DNA of 64,000 nt, taken from contig NC_043023.1 of NCBI RefSeq assembly GCF_006345805.1, positions 2,418,001-2,482,000 of the forward strand, given 5' to 3'. This stretch comes from Octopus sinensis. Lineage: Eukaryota. This document shows, one piece after another, positions 1 to 13,483 of this stretch. The notes below the pieces were generated by a model. That model saw only the letters and a list, made by a program, of their open reading frames with translations. It searched no databases and was not told the DNA's origin. A program made the translations under genes and the position numbers. The stretch's first letter is position 1. Every line of letters starts with the position of its first letter.

Positions 1-56
1 AATGATAATAATAATAATAATAAAGATAATAATAATAAAAATAATAATAATAAAGA

Positions 57-104
<48 letters not shown>

Positions 105-152
105 TAATAATAATAAAGTTAATAATAATAAAAATAATAATAATAAAGATAA

Positions 153-183
<31 letters not shown>

Positions 184-410
184 AATAATAAAGATAATAA
201 TAATAAAAATAATAATAATAAAGATAATAATAATAAAAATAATAATAATAAAGATAATAATAAAGATAATAAAAATAATAATAGTAATAATAATAATAAA
301 GATAATAATAATAAAAATAATAATAATAAAGATAATAATAAAGATAATAATAATAATAATAGTAATAATAATAATGATAATAAAGATAATAATAAAGATA
401 AGAATATAAG
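1..410 (+). repeat. Degenerate (AAT)n microsatellite with AAAG/AAAA interruptions
   Basis: Direct reading; the poly-I and poly-Y ORFs over it are artefacts. Confidence 0.97.
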
Positions 411-416
411 ATAACC

Positions 417-816
417 GGCGCAGGTGTGGCTGTGTGGTAAGTAGCTTGTTTACCAACCACATGGTACCAGGTTCAGTCCCACTGTGTGGCACCTTGGGTA
501 AGTGTCTTCTGCTATAGCCTCGGGCCGACCAAAGCCTTGTGAGGGGATTTGGTAGACGGAAACTGAAAGAAGCCCGTAATATATATGTATATATATGTGT
601 GTGTGTGTATGTATGTATATGCTTGAGTGTCTGTGTTTGTACTCCCAACATCGCTTGACAACCAATGCTGGTGTGTATACGTCCCCGGCAAAAGCGACTG
701 ATAGAATAAGTACTAGGCTTACAAAGAGTAAGTCCTGGGGTCGATTTGCTCAACTAAAGGCAGTGCTCCAGCATGGCCACAGTCAAATAACTGCAACAAG
801 TAAAGAGTAAAAGAGT
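417..816 (+). mobile_element. SINE family A, full-length copy (tRNA-like head, CORE-like segment, central TA/TG microsatellite, GAGTAAAA tail)
   Basis: The block GGCTGTGTGGTAAGTAGCTTG...GGTTCAGTCCCACTG...CACCTTGGGCAAGTGTC...GAAACTGAAAGAAGCCC recurs over 20 times. Other copies are near 2626-3001(-), 5738-6385, 6880-7150(-), 8250-8690(-), 8727-9100, 12506-12870, 19690-20112(-), 20308-20750, 22865-23282(-), 31335-31710, 33435-33780, 38780-39190, 39710-40085(-), 46378-46730, 48845-49610, 52750-53232, 54680-55048, 55258-55665, 55740-56302(-) and 57310-57965. CACCTTGGGCAAGT resembles the CORE-SINE core. Confidence 0.92.
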
Positions 817-860
817 ATAATAATAAAGATGATAATAAAGATAACAATATAGATAATAAT

Positions 861-1205
861 TGAAGTGCGTGGCTCAGTGGCTAGAGTGTTGGGTTCAAAA
901 TCATGACATAGTGAGTTCGAATCCCGGACCGGGCTGTGTGTTGTGTTCTTGTGCAAGACACTTTATTTCACGTTTCTCCAATTTACTCAGCTGTAGAAAT
1001 GAGTTGCGATGTCACTGATACCAAGCTGTATTGGTCCCTTTGCCTTTTCCTCGGATAACATTGGTGGCATGAAGAGAGGAGACTGGTATGCATGGGTGAC
1101 CGCTGGTCTTCAATTAATAACCTTGCTGGCACTTGTGCTTCAAAGGGGAACCTTCTAGGTGCAATCACACAGTCATTCATGACCAAAGGGAGTCTTTACT
1201 CTTTA
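861..1205 (+). mobile_element. SINE family B (tRNA-derived head, CORE-like domain)
   Basis: A-box TGGCTCAGTGG and B-box GAGTTCGAATCC, then TGTGTTCTTGTGCAAGACACTTTA...CAGCTGTAGAAATGAG. Further copies at about 1215-1370, 24700-25035 and 25590-25925. Confidence 0.88.
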
Positions 1206-1713
1206 TGCTATACACATATATAGTGGTGTAGAGAGGGGAGGCCAGTATGCATGGTCAACTACTGGTCTTCCATAAACTATCTTGCCTGGACTTGTGCCTC
1301 AGAGTGTAACTTTCTTGGTGCAATCCCATGGTCATTCATAACTGAAGGAAGTCTTTACCTTTTTACCTTCAAGATAATAATAATAATAATAATAATAATC
1401 TCTTCTGTTGTAGGCACAAGGTGTGAAATTGGGAGAGGGGCCTATTCGATTACATCAACCCCAGTGTTTCACTGGTCCTTAATTTATCAACCCTGAAAGG
1501 CAGATTTTGAACAATAATAATAATGATAATCCTTTCTACTACAGGCACAAGACCTGAAATTTGAGGGAGGGTGTAACTGGTAGTTATTTCATTGATTCTG
1601 AAAGGATGAAACGCAAAGTTGTCCTCAGTGGAATTTGAACTCAGAACATAAGGATGTACAAAATACTGCTAAGCATTTTGCCCAGCTTGCTAACAATTCT
1701 GCCAGATACTGCC

Positions 1714-1745
<32 letters not shown>

Positions 1746-1984
1746 TGTAATAATTATAATAATAATAATAATAATGAATAAGTCCTGGGGTCAATTTGCT
1801 CCATTAAACGTGGTGCTCCAGCATGGCCACAGTCAAATGACTGAAACAAGTAAGAAAGTAAAAGAATAAGCACAATGATTAACAAAGAGATTAAATCAAC
1901 AATATGTTTTCCCAATAGGGGGTGAGTTCCACCATAAGGTGATCAAAGAGACCTCATGCACTTCAGGGCCCTTAACACCTATGG

Positions 1985-2605
1985 CTCCTCAAGAAGGCAC
2001 CCTCACCTTTCCCTTCCATATGGCTTACAGGTGCACACTTAGAATAGGCCCTTCATGCGGGCCATTCTTGTCACATTCACCCACCTTTTGATAAACTTCC
2101 TGGGTCACAGTCCATCCCTCTCCAGCCTCACTTTCCTTTTCAGGTGAAACCTGAAAAAATCAATGAGGCCTTGGCCAAAGAGGAAGGTACCCATCTTCAA
2201 CCCTTTCAATCGCATCCACCATACAACCTCTTTTTCCATAGCCACCAGACAGAGAAAAATTGCCCTCCCTTCGCAGTCAATGGAAGGAGGCAGGGTGACC
2301 TTCACAATGGACTTGGATGATAGCTGGATCTGTTTTACACATGACTGTAATTATTTGACAAAGCTCAACAAGTCGGCAATGTACAAACATTGTACAAGAG
2401 CATACAGAATGGTTGCATCATTCTGCGGGTATCTCGGACAGGCCCAACTGACTGCACACCTTTGCCTGTAGAGCTTATCTCAAACCAGCAGTGCCCCCCA
2501 CAACACCCCCAGTAGCACTGCCAGGCCAGGGATTTCTGTAAGAGACCAGCCAGTTGATCCCCCATGATGCCCAGGATCGCCCTGAATACATTGTCACTCT
2601 TGCCC
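1985..2605 (-). pseudogene. Tx1/L1-clade LINE ORF2 C-terminal remnant
   Basis: The minus strand reads ALLV*DKLYRQRCAVSWACPRYPQNDATILYALVQC...KVTLPPSIDCEGRAIFLCLVAMEKEVVWWMRLKG...FFRFHLKRKVRLER. This matches the Cys/His region after RT in Tx1-type ORF2; in-frame stops are present. Confidence 0.72.
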
Positions 2606-3451
2606 TCCACTAATCTCCTCTCTTATTCTTTTACTCTTTTACTTGTTTCAGTCATTTGACTGTGGCCATGCTGGAGCACTGCTTTTAGTCGAGCAAATCA
2701 ACCCCAGGACTAATTCTTTGTAAGCCTAGTTCTTATTCTGTCGGTTTCTTTTGCCGAACCGCTAAGTTATAGGGACGTAAACACACTAGCATCGGTTGTC
2801 AAGCGATGTTGGGGGGGGGGGACAAACACATACACACATACACATATATATATACATATATACAACGGGCTTCTTTCAGTTTCCATCTACCAAATCCACT
2901 CACAAGGCTTTGGTTGGCCTGAGGCTGTAGCAGAAGACACTTGCCCAGAACCATGTGGTTGGTAATCAAGCTACTTACCACACAGCCACTCCTGCGCCTA
3001 TAGAACTCCAAGGTGGAACTTCCACCGACCACATTGAATGAAGGCTGTGAGCACTTGGAGACACTCTGGGTGCCAAGTGCCCTGCCTCGGACTACACCTG
3101 ATCCAGGAACCAACAATAATAATGATAATAATCCTTTCTACTCTATGCACGAGGCTTGAGATTTTGAGGGATGGTGCTAGTTGATTACATCGATGACCCC
3201 AATGCACAACTGGTACTTATTTTATCGACCCCAAAGAATGAAATGCAATGATGATCTTGATAGTACATAATTCACGATGACAAAAGAAATACTTGCTAAG
3301 CATTTGGCCCAGCGTGTTAATAGTTCTGAGAGCTCACTGCATCAATAATAATTATGATCCCTTCTACAAAAGGCACAAGGCCAGAAAATTTGAGGGTAGG
3401 GGACAAGTCAGTTACATCAACCCCAGTGCTCAACTGGTACTTATATATTTA

Positions 3452-3710
3452 AGGCGGCGAGCTGGCAGAAACGTTAGCAGGCCGGGCGAAATGCTAAGCA
3501 GTATTTCGTCTGCCGTTATGTTCTGAGTTCAAATTCCGCTGAGGTCGACTTTGCCTTTCATCCTTTCAGGGTCTATAAATTAAGTACCAGTGAAACACTG
3601 GGATCGATACAATCGACTTAATCCGTTTGTCTGTCCTTGTTTGTCCTCTCTGTGTTTAGCTCCTTGTGGGTAGTAAAGAAATAGGTACTTATATATTGAC
3701 CCCGAAAGCA
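3452..3710 (+). mobile_element. SINE family C (tRNA-derived head; GAGGTCGACTTTGCCTTTCATCC central motif)
   Basis: GGCGAGCTGGCAGAA A-box-like start and GAGTTCAAATTCC B-box. Other copies at about 1380-1720(-), 3115-3440(-), 6492-6690, 23720-24170(-), 26090-26272(-), 27030-27180(-), 39290-39445(-), 49990-50190, 51565-52330 and 52650-52745. Confidence 0.88.
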
Positions 3711-3829
3711 TGAAAAGATACACTATGCCGGAATAAAAGGTTGGATGGTCACAGCTGGAATATCTGTGATCGAAAGTCTGCTAAATCAAGACTGACCTTG
3801 AGCTAAACAATGGCTATAAATAAATATAT

Positions 3830-4077
3830 GCGCCCTTTTTAAAGCTTAGCTAGGCTCATGGGCCCAGTTTCCCGGTTTCTATGGTTTATGTGTTACTCAC
3901 CTGGACGGGACGCCAGTCCATCACAGTGTTACTCACTTTTGCCAGCTGAGTGGACTGGAGCAACGTGAAATGAAATGTTTTGCTCAAGAACACAACACGT
4001 CGCCCCGTCCAGGAATTGAAACCACAGTCTTAAGATCCTGATCCTGACACCCTAACCACTAAGCCACGCACCTCCAC
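3830..4077 (-). mobile_element. SINE family F (tRNA head, tail GGACTGGCGTCCCGTCCAGG resembling V-SINE tails)
   Basis: Homologous copies at 40505-40819(-), with a 13-bp TSD CTTTATATTAATT, and at 56690-56990(-). Confidence 0.8.
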
Positions 4078-4080
4078 TAA

Positions 4081-4490
4081 ACAATGACTGTAGCCATTAA
4101 TATTAACAACTACACTAAACATTATATAATGTAGTCCTAGATACACTATGCCTGAATAAAAGATGGGATGGTCACAACTGGAACATCTTTGATCATAGGT
4201 CGACTGGATTAGGACTGACCTGGGGCTAAGCAACAACAACAACAACAACAACAACCATAACCACTAATACAGATTACAATTCTATACATTAGATAATGTA
4301 GTCCTAGATACACTATGCCTGAATGAAAGATGGGATGGTCACAAATGGAACGTCTTTGATCATAGGTCTTTCGGATTAGGATTGGCCTGGGGCTAAGCAA
4401 CAACAACAACAACCATAACGACTAATACTAACTACTATACTATACATTAGATAATGTAGTCCTAGATACACTATGCCAACTACAACAACA
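4081..4490. repeat. Tandem ~200-bp units of repeat family G (TCCTAGATACACTATGCCTGAATAAAAGATGGGATGGTCAC...CTGACCTGGGGCTAA-(CAA)n)
   Basis: Two complete units and a partial one here, one at 3716-3812, and three more at 30725-31220. Confidence 0.85.
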
Positions 4491-4749
4491 ATAAAACCAA
4501 AAGCAGAACCTTGTTAATAATATATTCGTTGTTCTATCCCACAAATTCTTGCCTTTTTTATACTTCGTTTATATTTTGTAATTAGTCAGAAACTAATCAA
4601 GATATAAATAATTCAAAAGCAATTAATGGTAGTTAAAGAGTGCTTGGTTAATTAATAGAAATAAAATTAAATGTTTAAGCATTAACAAAACTAATATATT
4701 TATTTTTATCTGACTTTGGTGAGCTTGGCAAACAGTAAACACAACCTAC

Positions 4750-4758
4750 ATACGTATA

Positions 4759-4795
<37 letters not shown>

Positions 4796-4796
4796 C

Positions 4797-4845
<49 letters not shown>

Positions 4846-5898
4846 CATGCATATATATATATATATGTATGTATATAGATATCTACACATATACATACAT
4901 AAACATATACATGTGTACACATTGATGTATATATATGCACCCATGCGTATGAATATATTTATATATATATGTCTATGTATGTATATGTGTGGATATCTAT
5001 ACACACACACACACATATATATATACATATGTCTGTGTGTGTTTGTGTGTATATATATATATATATATATGTATAACTATATATATATATATGTGTGTGT
5101 GTGTTTGTGTGTATATATGTATATATGTATAACTATATATATATATATATATAGTTATACATATATATATATATATATACATACACACAAACACACACAG
5201 ATACACACACATCATGTATGTATATGTACGGGTGTGTGTGTGTGTCTGAATATATATATATACACACACATATATATACACATGTGTGTGTGTGTGGTGT
5301 ATGTATATATAAATACATATATATATATAATATATATATATATAATATATATATATAATATATATATATATATACTTACACATATGCATATATACATATG
5401 GGTGGGGCATTCGCGTCTGTTACAAATCCTGAATCTATAAATTCTTCATTTGTGTTCATTGATATTTAATTGTAAATAAATTGTAAACAGTTCATTGCCA
5501 ACAGCAATGTTTAAAATGTTTAAATATGTGTACAATTCTCAGAGTGTATCCAGTTAAATATGCAGACATGCTGGAACGGCTGGGTGGTTAAGAGGCTTGC
5601 TTTGCAACCAAATGCTTTCAGGTTCAGTCCTACTGTGTGGCACTTTTGCTGTCTCCTACCATCACATTGGGTCAGTGAGTGGATTTGGGAGATAGAAACA
5701 GTGTGAAAGGTCATCCTACAAATATAGGATATATATGTAGGAGTGGATGTGTGGTAAGTAGCTTGCTTACAAACCATATTGTTCTGGTTTTAGTCCCATT
5801 GCATGGCATCTTGGGCAAGTGTCTTCTACTATGGCCTTCAGACAACCAAAGCCTTGTGAGTGGATTTGGTTGACACAAACTGAAAGAAGCCCATCATA

Positions 5899-5963
<65 letters not shown>

Positions 5964-5968
5964 ATATA

Positions 5969-5999
<31 letters not shown>

Positions 6000-6031
6000 T
6001 ATATATATATATATATATATACATATATATA

Positions 6032-6083
<52 letters not shown>

Positions 6084-6190
6084 TACATATATTATATACA
6101 TTATATATATATATATATATAATATATATATATATATATACATATTATATACATATATATATATTATATACAAATATACATATATATGTG
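4750..6190. repeat. TA/TG/CA compound microsatellite field (part lies inside a SINE A copy)
   Basis: Direct reading. Confidence 0.95.
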
Positions 6191-6404
6191 TGTCTGTGTT
6201 TGGCCCCCACTATCGCCTGACACTGATGTTGGTGTGTTACATCTCCGTTAACTTAGTGATCAGTAAAAGGGACCAATAGTATAAGTACTAGGCTTACAAA
6301 GAATAAGTCTTGGCGGTCGATGTGTTCAACTAAAGATGGTGCTCCAGCATGGCCGCAGTCAAATGACTGAAACGAGTAAAACAGTATATACACAATACAC
6401 ACAC

Positions 6405-6745
6405 ACAGAGAGTCCTCATTGTAGTCCACCAGGTCGTAGACGAATTAAAAGACTGGGTTCCCATGGGAACTGCTATATGCTGATGACCTAGGGCAGGGAG
6501 CTGGCAGAATCGGGCGAAATGCTTAGCGGTATTTCATCTGCCACTATGTTTTGAGTTCAAATTCCGCCGAGGTCAATTTTGCCGTTCATCTTTATGGGGT
6601 CGATGAAATAAGTACCAGTTACGCACTGGGGTCGATTTAATCGACTTAATCCCTTTGTCCTTGTTTGTCCCTTGTGGGCAGTAAAGAAATATATATGCTG
6701 ATGACCTTGCTCTTATTGCAGAATCTTTAGCAGAATTAGTTATAG
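6405..6745 (+). pseudogene. RTE-type reverse-transcriptase fragment (KTGFPWELLYADDLALIAESLAEL) split by a SINE C insertion
   Basis: YADD catalytic motif; the SINE at 6492-6690 is flanked by a 16-bp TSD TATATGCTGATGACCT (6474-6489 and 6692-6707). Confidence 0.85.
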
Positions 6746-6795
6746 GTGCAGGAGTTTATCCTGTTTTTAAATTTTATATATATGTGTGTGTGTGT

Positions 6796-6834
<39 letters not shown>

Positions 6835-7164
6835 TTTGTGTGTGTGTGTGTATATATATATTTATATATATACTCATTCTCATTTACTCATTTACTTGTT
6901 TCAGTCATTTGACTGCGGCCATGCTGGAGCACTGCCTTTAGTCGAGCAAATCGACCCCGGGACTTATTCTTTTGTAAGCCCAGTACTTATTCTATCGGTC
7001 TCTTTTGCCGAACCGCTATATATATGTGTGTGTGTGTGATGAGCTTTTTCTGTTTCAATCTACCAAATCCAGCTTTGGTCAGCCTGGAACTTACCTAAGG
7101 TGCTATGCTGTGGGACTGAACCTAGAACCATGTTGTTGAAAACCAAGCTTTTTTCTTACCACAC

Positions 7165-7520
7165 ACCCACGCTTACATCTCTGTATACATTTTTTTAAAG
7201 ACACCCTCTACACATACATCCTTGTATCAACCTGATCTCATTTTGGATAACTCATTTTGGGTGTGCTCTCACATTGATATTCTCAGCATGGATTTTCCCA
7301 CGACCCATTGTATCGTAGTCAATTGATGTTCTTCCCTTTTTCTAGTAGCCATGTTTCACTTGTGTATAAAAGAGCAGGTAGGACAGTGCTATTTAAGAGA
7401 CTGACATTTTGGATCTCATCCAGTTTTACTTTGATCATACATTTTATCAAGGTAAACAGCTTCCTTCTTCCCCTTATTCTCCTTGAGATTTCAGCATCCA
7501 TTTCTTAACACAAATTTATA
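7165..7520 (-). pseudogene. RTE LINE ORF remnant, post-RT region
   Basis: EISRRIR...SLLNSTVLPALLYTSETW matches the RTE motif EI.RRI...F...VLP.LLYGSETW. Confidence 0.8.
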
Positions 7521-8147
7521 GTGTATTCCAAGCAGACACACTGTGTGTGTGTGTGTGTGTGTGTGATTCTAAGTGGTTGAACTTGAAGTAGATAAAGCTA
7601 TAAGTAATAACATAAATATTGAGTACATAAAACATTTGAGTTGAAAAATTCGGAGGCTGCCCTTCCATTCAAAGGGGTTTTTAATACCATATTTGCATGT
7701 TATAATTTATAGCTTTATCTACTTAAAATATAACGAATAAGAATGAATTATTTCACGTTCTCCCGATGTTTCTATATTCACATGGCATAAATAACACACA
7801 AACACACATACACATAATATATTCATGCACATATATATGTATATAATCAGCACGCAATAAGCACCATTTATGCGTGGATCATTGCCAGTGCCACCTGACT
7901 GGCTCCCTGTGCCAGTGGCAAGTGAAAAGCACCATTGGAATGTGATCGATGCCAGTGCCACCTGACAGGCTCTCCTGCTGGCAGCTCATAAAAAGCACCC
8001 ACTACATTCTCACAGTGGTTGGCATTAGGAAGGGCATCCAGCTGTAGAATATTGCCACATCAGATTGGAGCCTGGGTGAGCCATCTGGCTCGCCAGTCCT
8101 CAGTCAAACCATCCAACCCATGCCAGCATCGAAAATGGACATTAAAC

Positions 8148-8180
<33 letters not shown>

Positions 8181-8181
8181 C

Positions 8182-8221
<40 letters not shown>

Positions 8222-9099
8222 TGCACAGAGAGAGAGAGAAATTCAATTATTCTTTTACTTGTTTCTGTAATTTGATTGTGGCCATGCTGGGGCACTGCCA
8301 TGAAGGGTTTTCACCAAAGAAATTGACCACAGCACTTATTCTTTGTAAACCTGGTACTTATTCTATTGATATCTAAGTTACAGGGATGTAAACACACCGA
8401 CACTTGTAGTCAAACGATGGTGTTGGGACAAGCACAGACACAAAGACACACGCATAAATATATATATACAAATACACAGACACACACACGTATATAGATA
8501 TATATTTATGTATAAATATGATGGGCTTCTGTCAGTTTCCATCTACCAAATCCATTCTCACGAGACATTGGTTGGTCTGTGGCTATAGTAGAAGACACTT
8601 GCCCAAGGTGACATGATAGGACTGAACCTGGAACCATGTGGTAACAAAGTAAGCCTCCTAACTGCACAGCTATGCCTGCACCTAAGAATGGATGTAACTT
8701 ATATATATACACACACACACATGATATATGTGGCTGCGTGGTAAGTAGCTTGCTTAACAACCACATGGTTCTGGGTTCAGTCCCACTGTGTGGCACCTTG
8801 GGCAAATGTCTACTATTATAGCTTTGAGCCAACCAAAGCTTTATGAGTGGATTTGGTAGATGGAAACTGAAAGAAGCTCAACGTATATATACATGAGTGT
8901 TTGTGTGTCTGTGTTTGTCCCTGCCACCATCACTTGACAACTGATACTGGTGTATTTACATCCTCGTAACTTAGCAGTTCAGCAAAAGAGTGCGATAGAA
9001 CAAGTACTAGGCTTACAAAGAATAAGTTCTGAGGTTGATATGTTCAGCTAAAGGCAGTGCTCCAGTATGGCCACAGTCAAGTGACTGAAACAAGTAAAA

Positions 9100-9276
9100 G
9101 TGTGTGTGTGTGCATGTCTGTGTCTGTGTGTGTATATGTGTATGTGTGTATGTATATATACATATATATATAAATATATATCTATATATATGTATATATA
9201 TATACATACACAAACATACATATATAGTTATATACACACACACATACTTATATATGTATTTATATCTGTACATGTG

Positions 9277-9320
<44 letters not shown>

Positions 9321-9522
9321 ACCCACACCAACCACATATTACCCACACACACATATATATACCTATATATAATATATACATCTATACACACACACATATT
9401 ATATATATTACACACACACACGCCACACAACACACACACAATATATATATATCACATACACACACATACACACACACACATACACACCACACATACACAC
9501 ATACACACACACAACACACACA

Positions 9523-9557
<35 letters not shown>

Positions 9558-10542
9558 CATACCTATACACTTCCCTATTCAAATATAAAAACCTTAGCCT
9601 TGCCTTACCTTTTAACATCCACAACCATTGTCAATCATGGCTGCCATATTTCTCTTAGCTTTTTACCAATTTACCAAGTTACCATTTCTTCCAGTTCCGC
9701 CCTCTCCCTACCGATCGCTATAATTGGCTTAGTTCTACTGTAAAGATATCCAATTTGGCATTGGTGCTTCAACTCCTTGTAGACTTTTACCAAAGCCGTA
9801 TTCTAAGAGAACCTGATAAATAATAAATAGGAACGGAGGGAATCTACGCGGAGGAGACAAAGAGATGAAGGTGAGAACAAAAAAAGAATGCAAGATTTAG
9901 GAAATAAATATCGTTTTGGATATGTGTATATATGTGTGTGTGTATGTATATGTATGTTCATATACATGCATATATATTTATATATGTGTGTATGTATATT
10001 TATATATGTATGTACACATATATTTATGTACGTATATATATGTATGTTCATATACATGCATATATATTTATATGTCTGTGTGTATGTATATTTATATATG
10101 TATGTACACATATATTTATGTACGTGTGTGTGTGTGTGTATATATATATTCATATACATGCATATATATTCATATATATTTATATGTGTATATGTAAATT
10201 TATATATGTACACATATATTTATGTATGTATATATATATGTGTGTGTGTATATATGTATATTCATATATATATTTATATATATTTATATGTGTGTGTGTA
10301 TGTATATTTATATATGTACACATATATTTATGTACGTATATATGTGTGTGTGTGTGTATATATATGTATATTCATATATATATTTATATATGTGTGTGTA
10401 TGTATATTTATATATGTACACACATATTTATGTATGTGTGTGTGTATATATATATTCATATGCATGCATATATATTCATATATATTTATATGTGTGTGTG
10501 TATGTATATTTATATATGTATGTACACATATATATATGAACG

Positions 10543-10575
<33 letters not shown>

Positions 10576-10816
10576 TTTTATATATGTAGATGTGTGTATA
10601 TATCAGTATGGATATATACATATGTATATACATGTATGTACAGATGCATAGTGCATACACGTATGTGTGTGTGTGTGTGGTTGTGTGTGTTTGTGTGTGT
10701 GTGTGCATACACACATGTATACATCCACATAGATATATATAGATATATATATATATATGTATGTATATATTCATACATACATATATATATATATATATGT
10801 GTATATATACATACAC

Positions 10817-10851
<35 letters not shown>

Positions 10852-10856
10852 TCACA

Positions 10857-10893
<37 letters not shown>

Positions 10894-11287
10894 ACATATC
10901 TATATTCAATATACATTCAGAGATACATACACACATACACACACGTATACTGTAATTCACACTTACATACAAACCTACATACGTACAAGGATATACATAA
11001 GACATACACATATATACCTACATTCATACACACACACACAAACATATGCAGACAAACAAACATATTTATGTACCTCTTAATATGAATGCCATTCTTCGGA
11101 ATCTTTGCATCCATTTCTTGTCAAAGAAAGAAAACAAAATTAAACCGTATATATATAAAACCCCCAAAAAAAGAAACAAAGTACAGATGAATCAGGAACA
11201 TCCTCAACCTTCTCCTTTTAGGCTATATATATGTGTGTATGTATGTATGTATGTATGTGTGTGTGTGTGTGTGTATGTATGTATATT

Positions 11288-11340
<53 letters not shown>

Positions 11341-11659
11341 GTTGATATAGATGAAGATGTCATTGTATGTGTGTATATGTCTATGTATATATATATATAT
11401 ATATACACATATATATATATACAAATATATGTGTATATATATATATGGGAGCATATATGTATATATTATTACATATGCGTATATATATATATACATACAT
11501 AATACACACACACCACACATATATATATGCATATATGCCTTTTTGCAATGAGTATATAGACACATATATGCCTATATATTCAAAGATATCTTCATGTATT
11601 GCTATATAACCATGTATATATGTGTGTGTGTATATTATATAATATATTATGTTTATGTG

Positions 11660-11701
<42 letters not shown>

Positions 11702-12134
11702 ATGTCTAATGTGGTGTGTGAATGTATGTATGTCTATGTATAGACACACTGTATCATACATTTCTTTATTTAACCTACACCTTCATATTTATGTTTGTTT
11801 GTTATATACTTTTATTCTTTCTTTTTGCTTTTGTTGTTTGTTTGTTGTACTCATAAACCATTCACACACCTTTTCATAATAGGGCACGTGTTGTGCTGCA
11901 ATATATAATATAGTAACAGAAATACACACACACACACACACACATATATATGTATACTATATATATTTTAAAATAGTGTACATGTAGACACAAAAGAAAA
12001 CTACCCTTTAACAGGTAATTTTTACATGCTAGAAATAGCAGCCAACACAGCCAAAACCATGATTTTGTATATATCATATATATGTATATACTATATATAT
12101 ATATATACACACACTCATATATATATATATATAT

Positions 12135-12220
<86 letters not shown>

Positions 12221-12270
12221 GTACATACATGCATACATAAATATATATATATACCTGTATAGTGAAAATG
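9100..12270. repeat. Large alternating purine-pyrimidine (TA/TG/CA) microsatellite and minisatellite fields with small unique islands
   Basis: Direct reading; all the Y/I/C/V/H-rich ORFs here are artefacts. Confidence 0.95.
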
Positions 12271-12890
12271 CATGGCTTAGTAGTCAGAGTGTCAGGTTCG
12301 TTATCGTAAGATTGTGGTATCGATTCCTGGGCTAGGCAATCTGTTGTGGTCTTCATTTTCACATTGCTCCAGTCCACTCGGTTGGCAAAAATGAGTAATC
12401 CTGCAATGGACAGGCATCCCATCCTGGTTGAGAATAAATACACCATAGAACTGGAAAACCATTCCTATGAGTCTACATAACTTAGGAAGGAGCTGTACTC
12501 TACTATATCTGGCTGTGTGGTGTGTAGCTTGCTTACCAATCACATAGTTCCAGGTTCAGTCCCACTGCGTGGCAAATTGGGCTAGTGTCTCTAACTATAG
12601 CCTCGGGCCGACCAAAGCATTGTGAGTGGATTTGGTAGACGGAAACTGGAAGAAGCCTGTCGTATATATGTATATATAAATATATGTATGTGTGTGTATA
12701 CGATTGTATATCTGTGTTTGTGTGTATATGTGTGTGTGTTTTCACCATTACAAAAGAGACCGATAGAATAAGCTCTAGGCTTACAAAAAATAAGTCCTGG
12801 GGTTGATTTGCTTGAATAAAGGCGGTGCTCCATCATGGCCACAGTCAAATGACTGAAACAAGTAAAAGAGTATATATACATACATATATA

Positions 12891-12925
<35 letters not shown>

Positions 12926-12949
12926 ATATATATATATACACACACATAC

Positions 12950-13480
12950 ATTGGGCCTCACAGAGGAAAGGACGAAGACCGAGACCTCTGAGATATGCTG
13001 TGACTGCAAAGACCCAACAAATGAAGTGAGTTCATGGCACACAGGACGGCTTGCTGTGCTAACCTTTGATCGTAGAGGGACCCGCTGTTCTTGAGGAGAC
13101 CTTTTGAGTCAAGTACATCAACACCAACATCAAAATGAAAATCAAATGGAAATTGTAGTTAAATACCTGTGCCGGTGGCAGGTGAAAAGTACCATCCAAA
13201 CGTGGCTGATGCCAACACTGCCTGACTGGTGTTCATGTCAGTGACATGTAAAAAGCACCAACCGATCATGGCCATTTGCCAGTCTCCCCTGGCCCTGTGC
13301 CGGTGGCATGTAAAAAGCACCCACTACACTGACGGAGTGGTTGATGTTAGGAAGGGCATCCAGCTGTAGAAATACTGCAAGATCAGACTGGGGCCTGGTG
13401 CAGCCTCCTGGCTTCCCAGACCCTGGTCGAACCGTCCAACCCATGCTAGCATGGAAAACAGATGTTAAACAATGATGATG
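12950..13480 (+). mobile_element. RTE LINE 3' end: ORF C-terminus plus 3' UTR (family D)
   Basis: Frameshifted GLTEE.TKDRDL*RYAVTAKT, then GTGCCGGTGGCA..TAAAAAGCACC repeats, GTTAGGAAGGGCATCCAGC and a (GAT)n tail. UTR-only copies at about 7860-8180, 21400-22035, 22450-22860, 26455-27020, 33830-34560(-), 36995-37490(-), 59765-60870(-) and 62905-63105(-). Confidence 0.78.
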
Positions 13481-13483
13481 ACA

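Noticed and set aside
2-460. 135-aa and 113-aa ORFs
   Set aside because: They are translations of the (AAT)n microsatellite.
11085-11135. Possible 43-nt minus-strand micro-exon; similar weak candidates at 11975-12015 and 57213-57260
   Set aside because: Only generic AG/GT signals, very short or stop-containing frames, and no recognisable peptide.
4675-12446. Many 60-239-aa ORFs rich in Y/I/C/V/H/T
   Set aside because: Dinucleotide repeats lack stops in several frames; there is no protein-like complexity.
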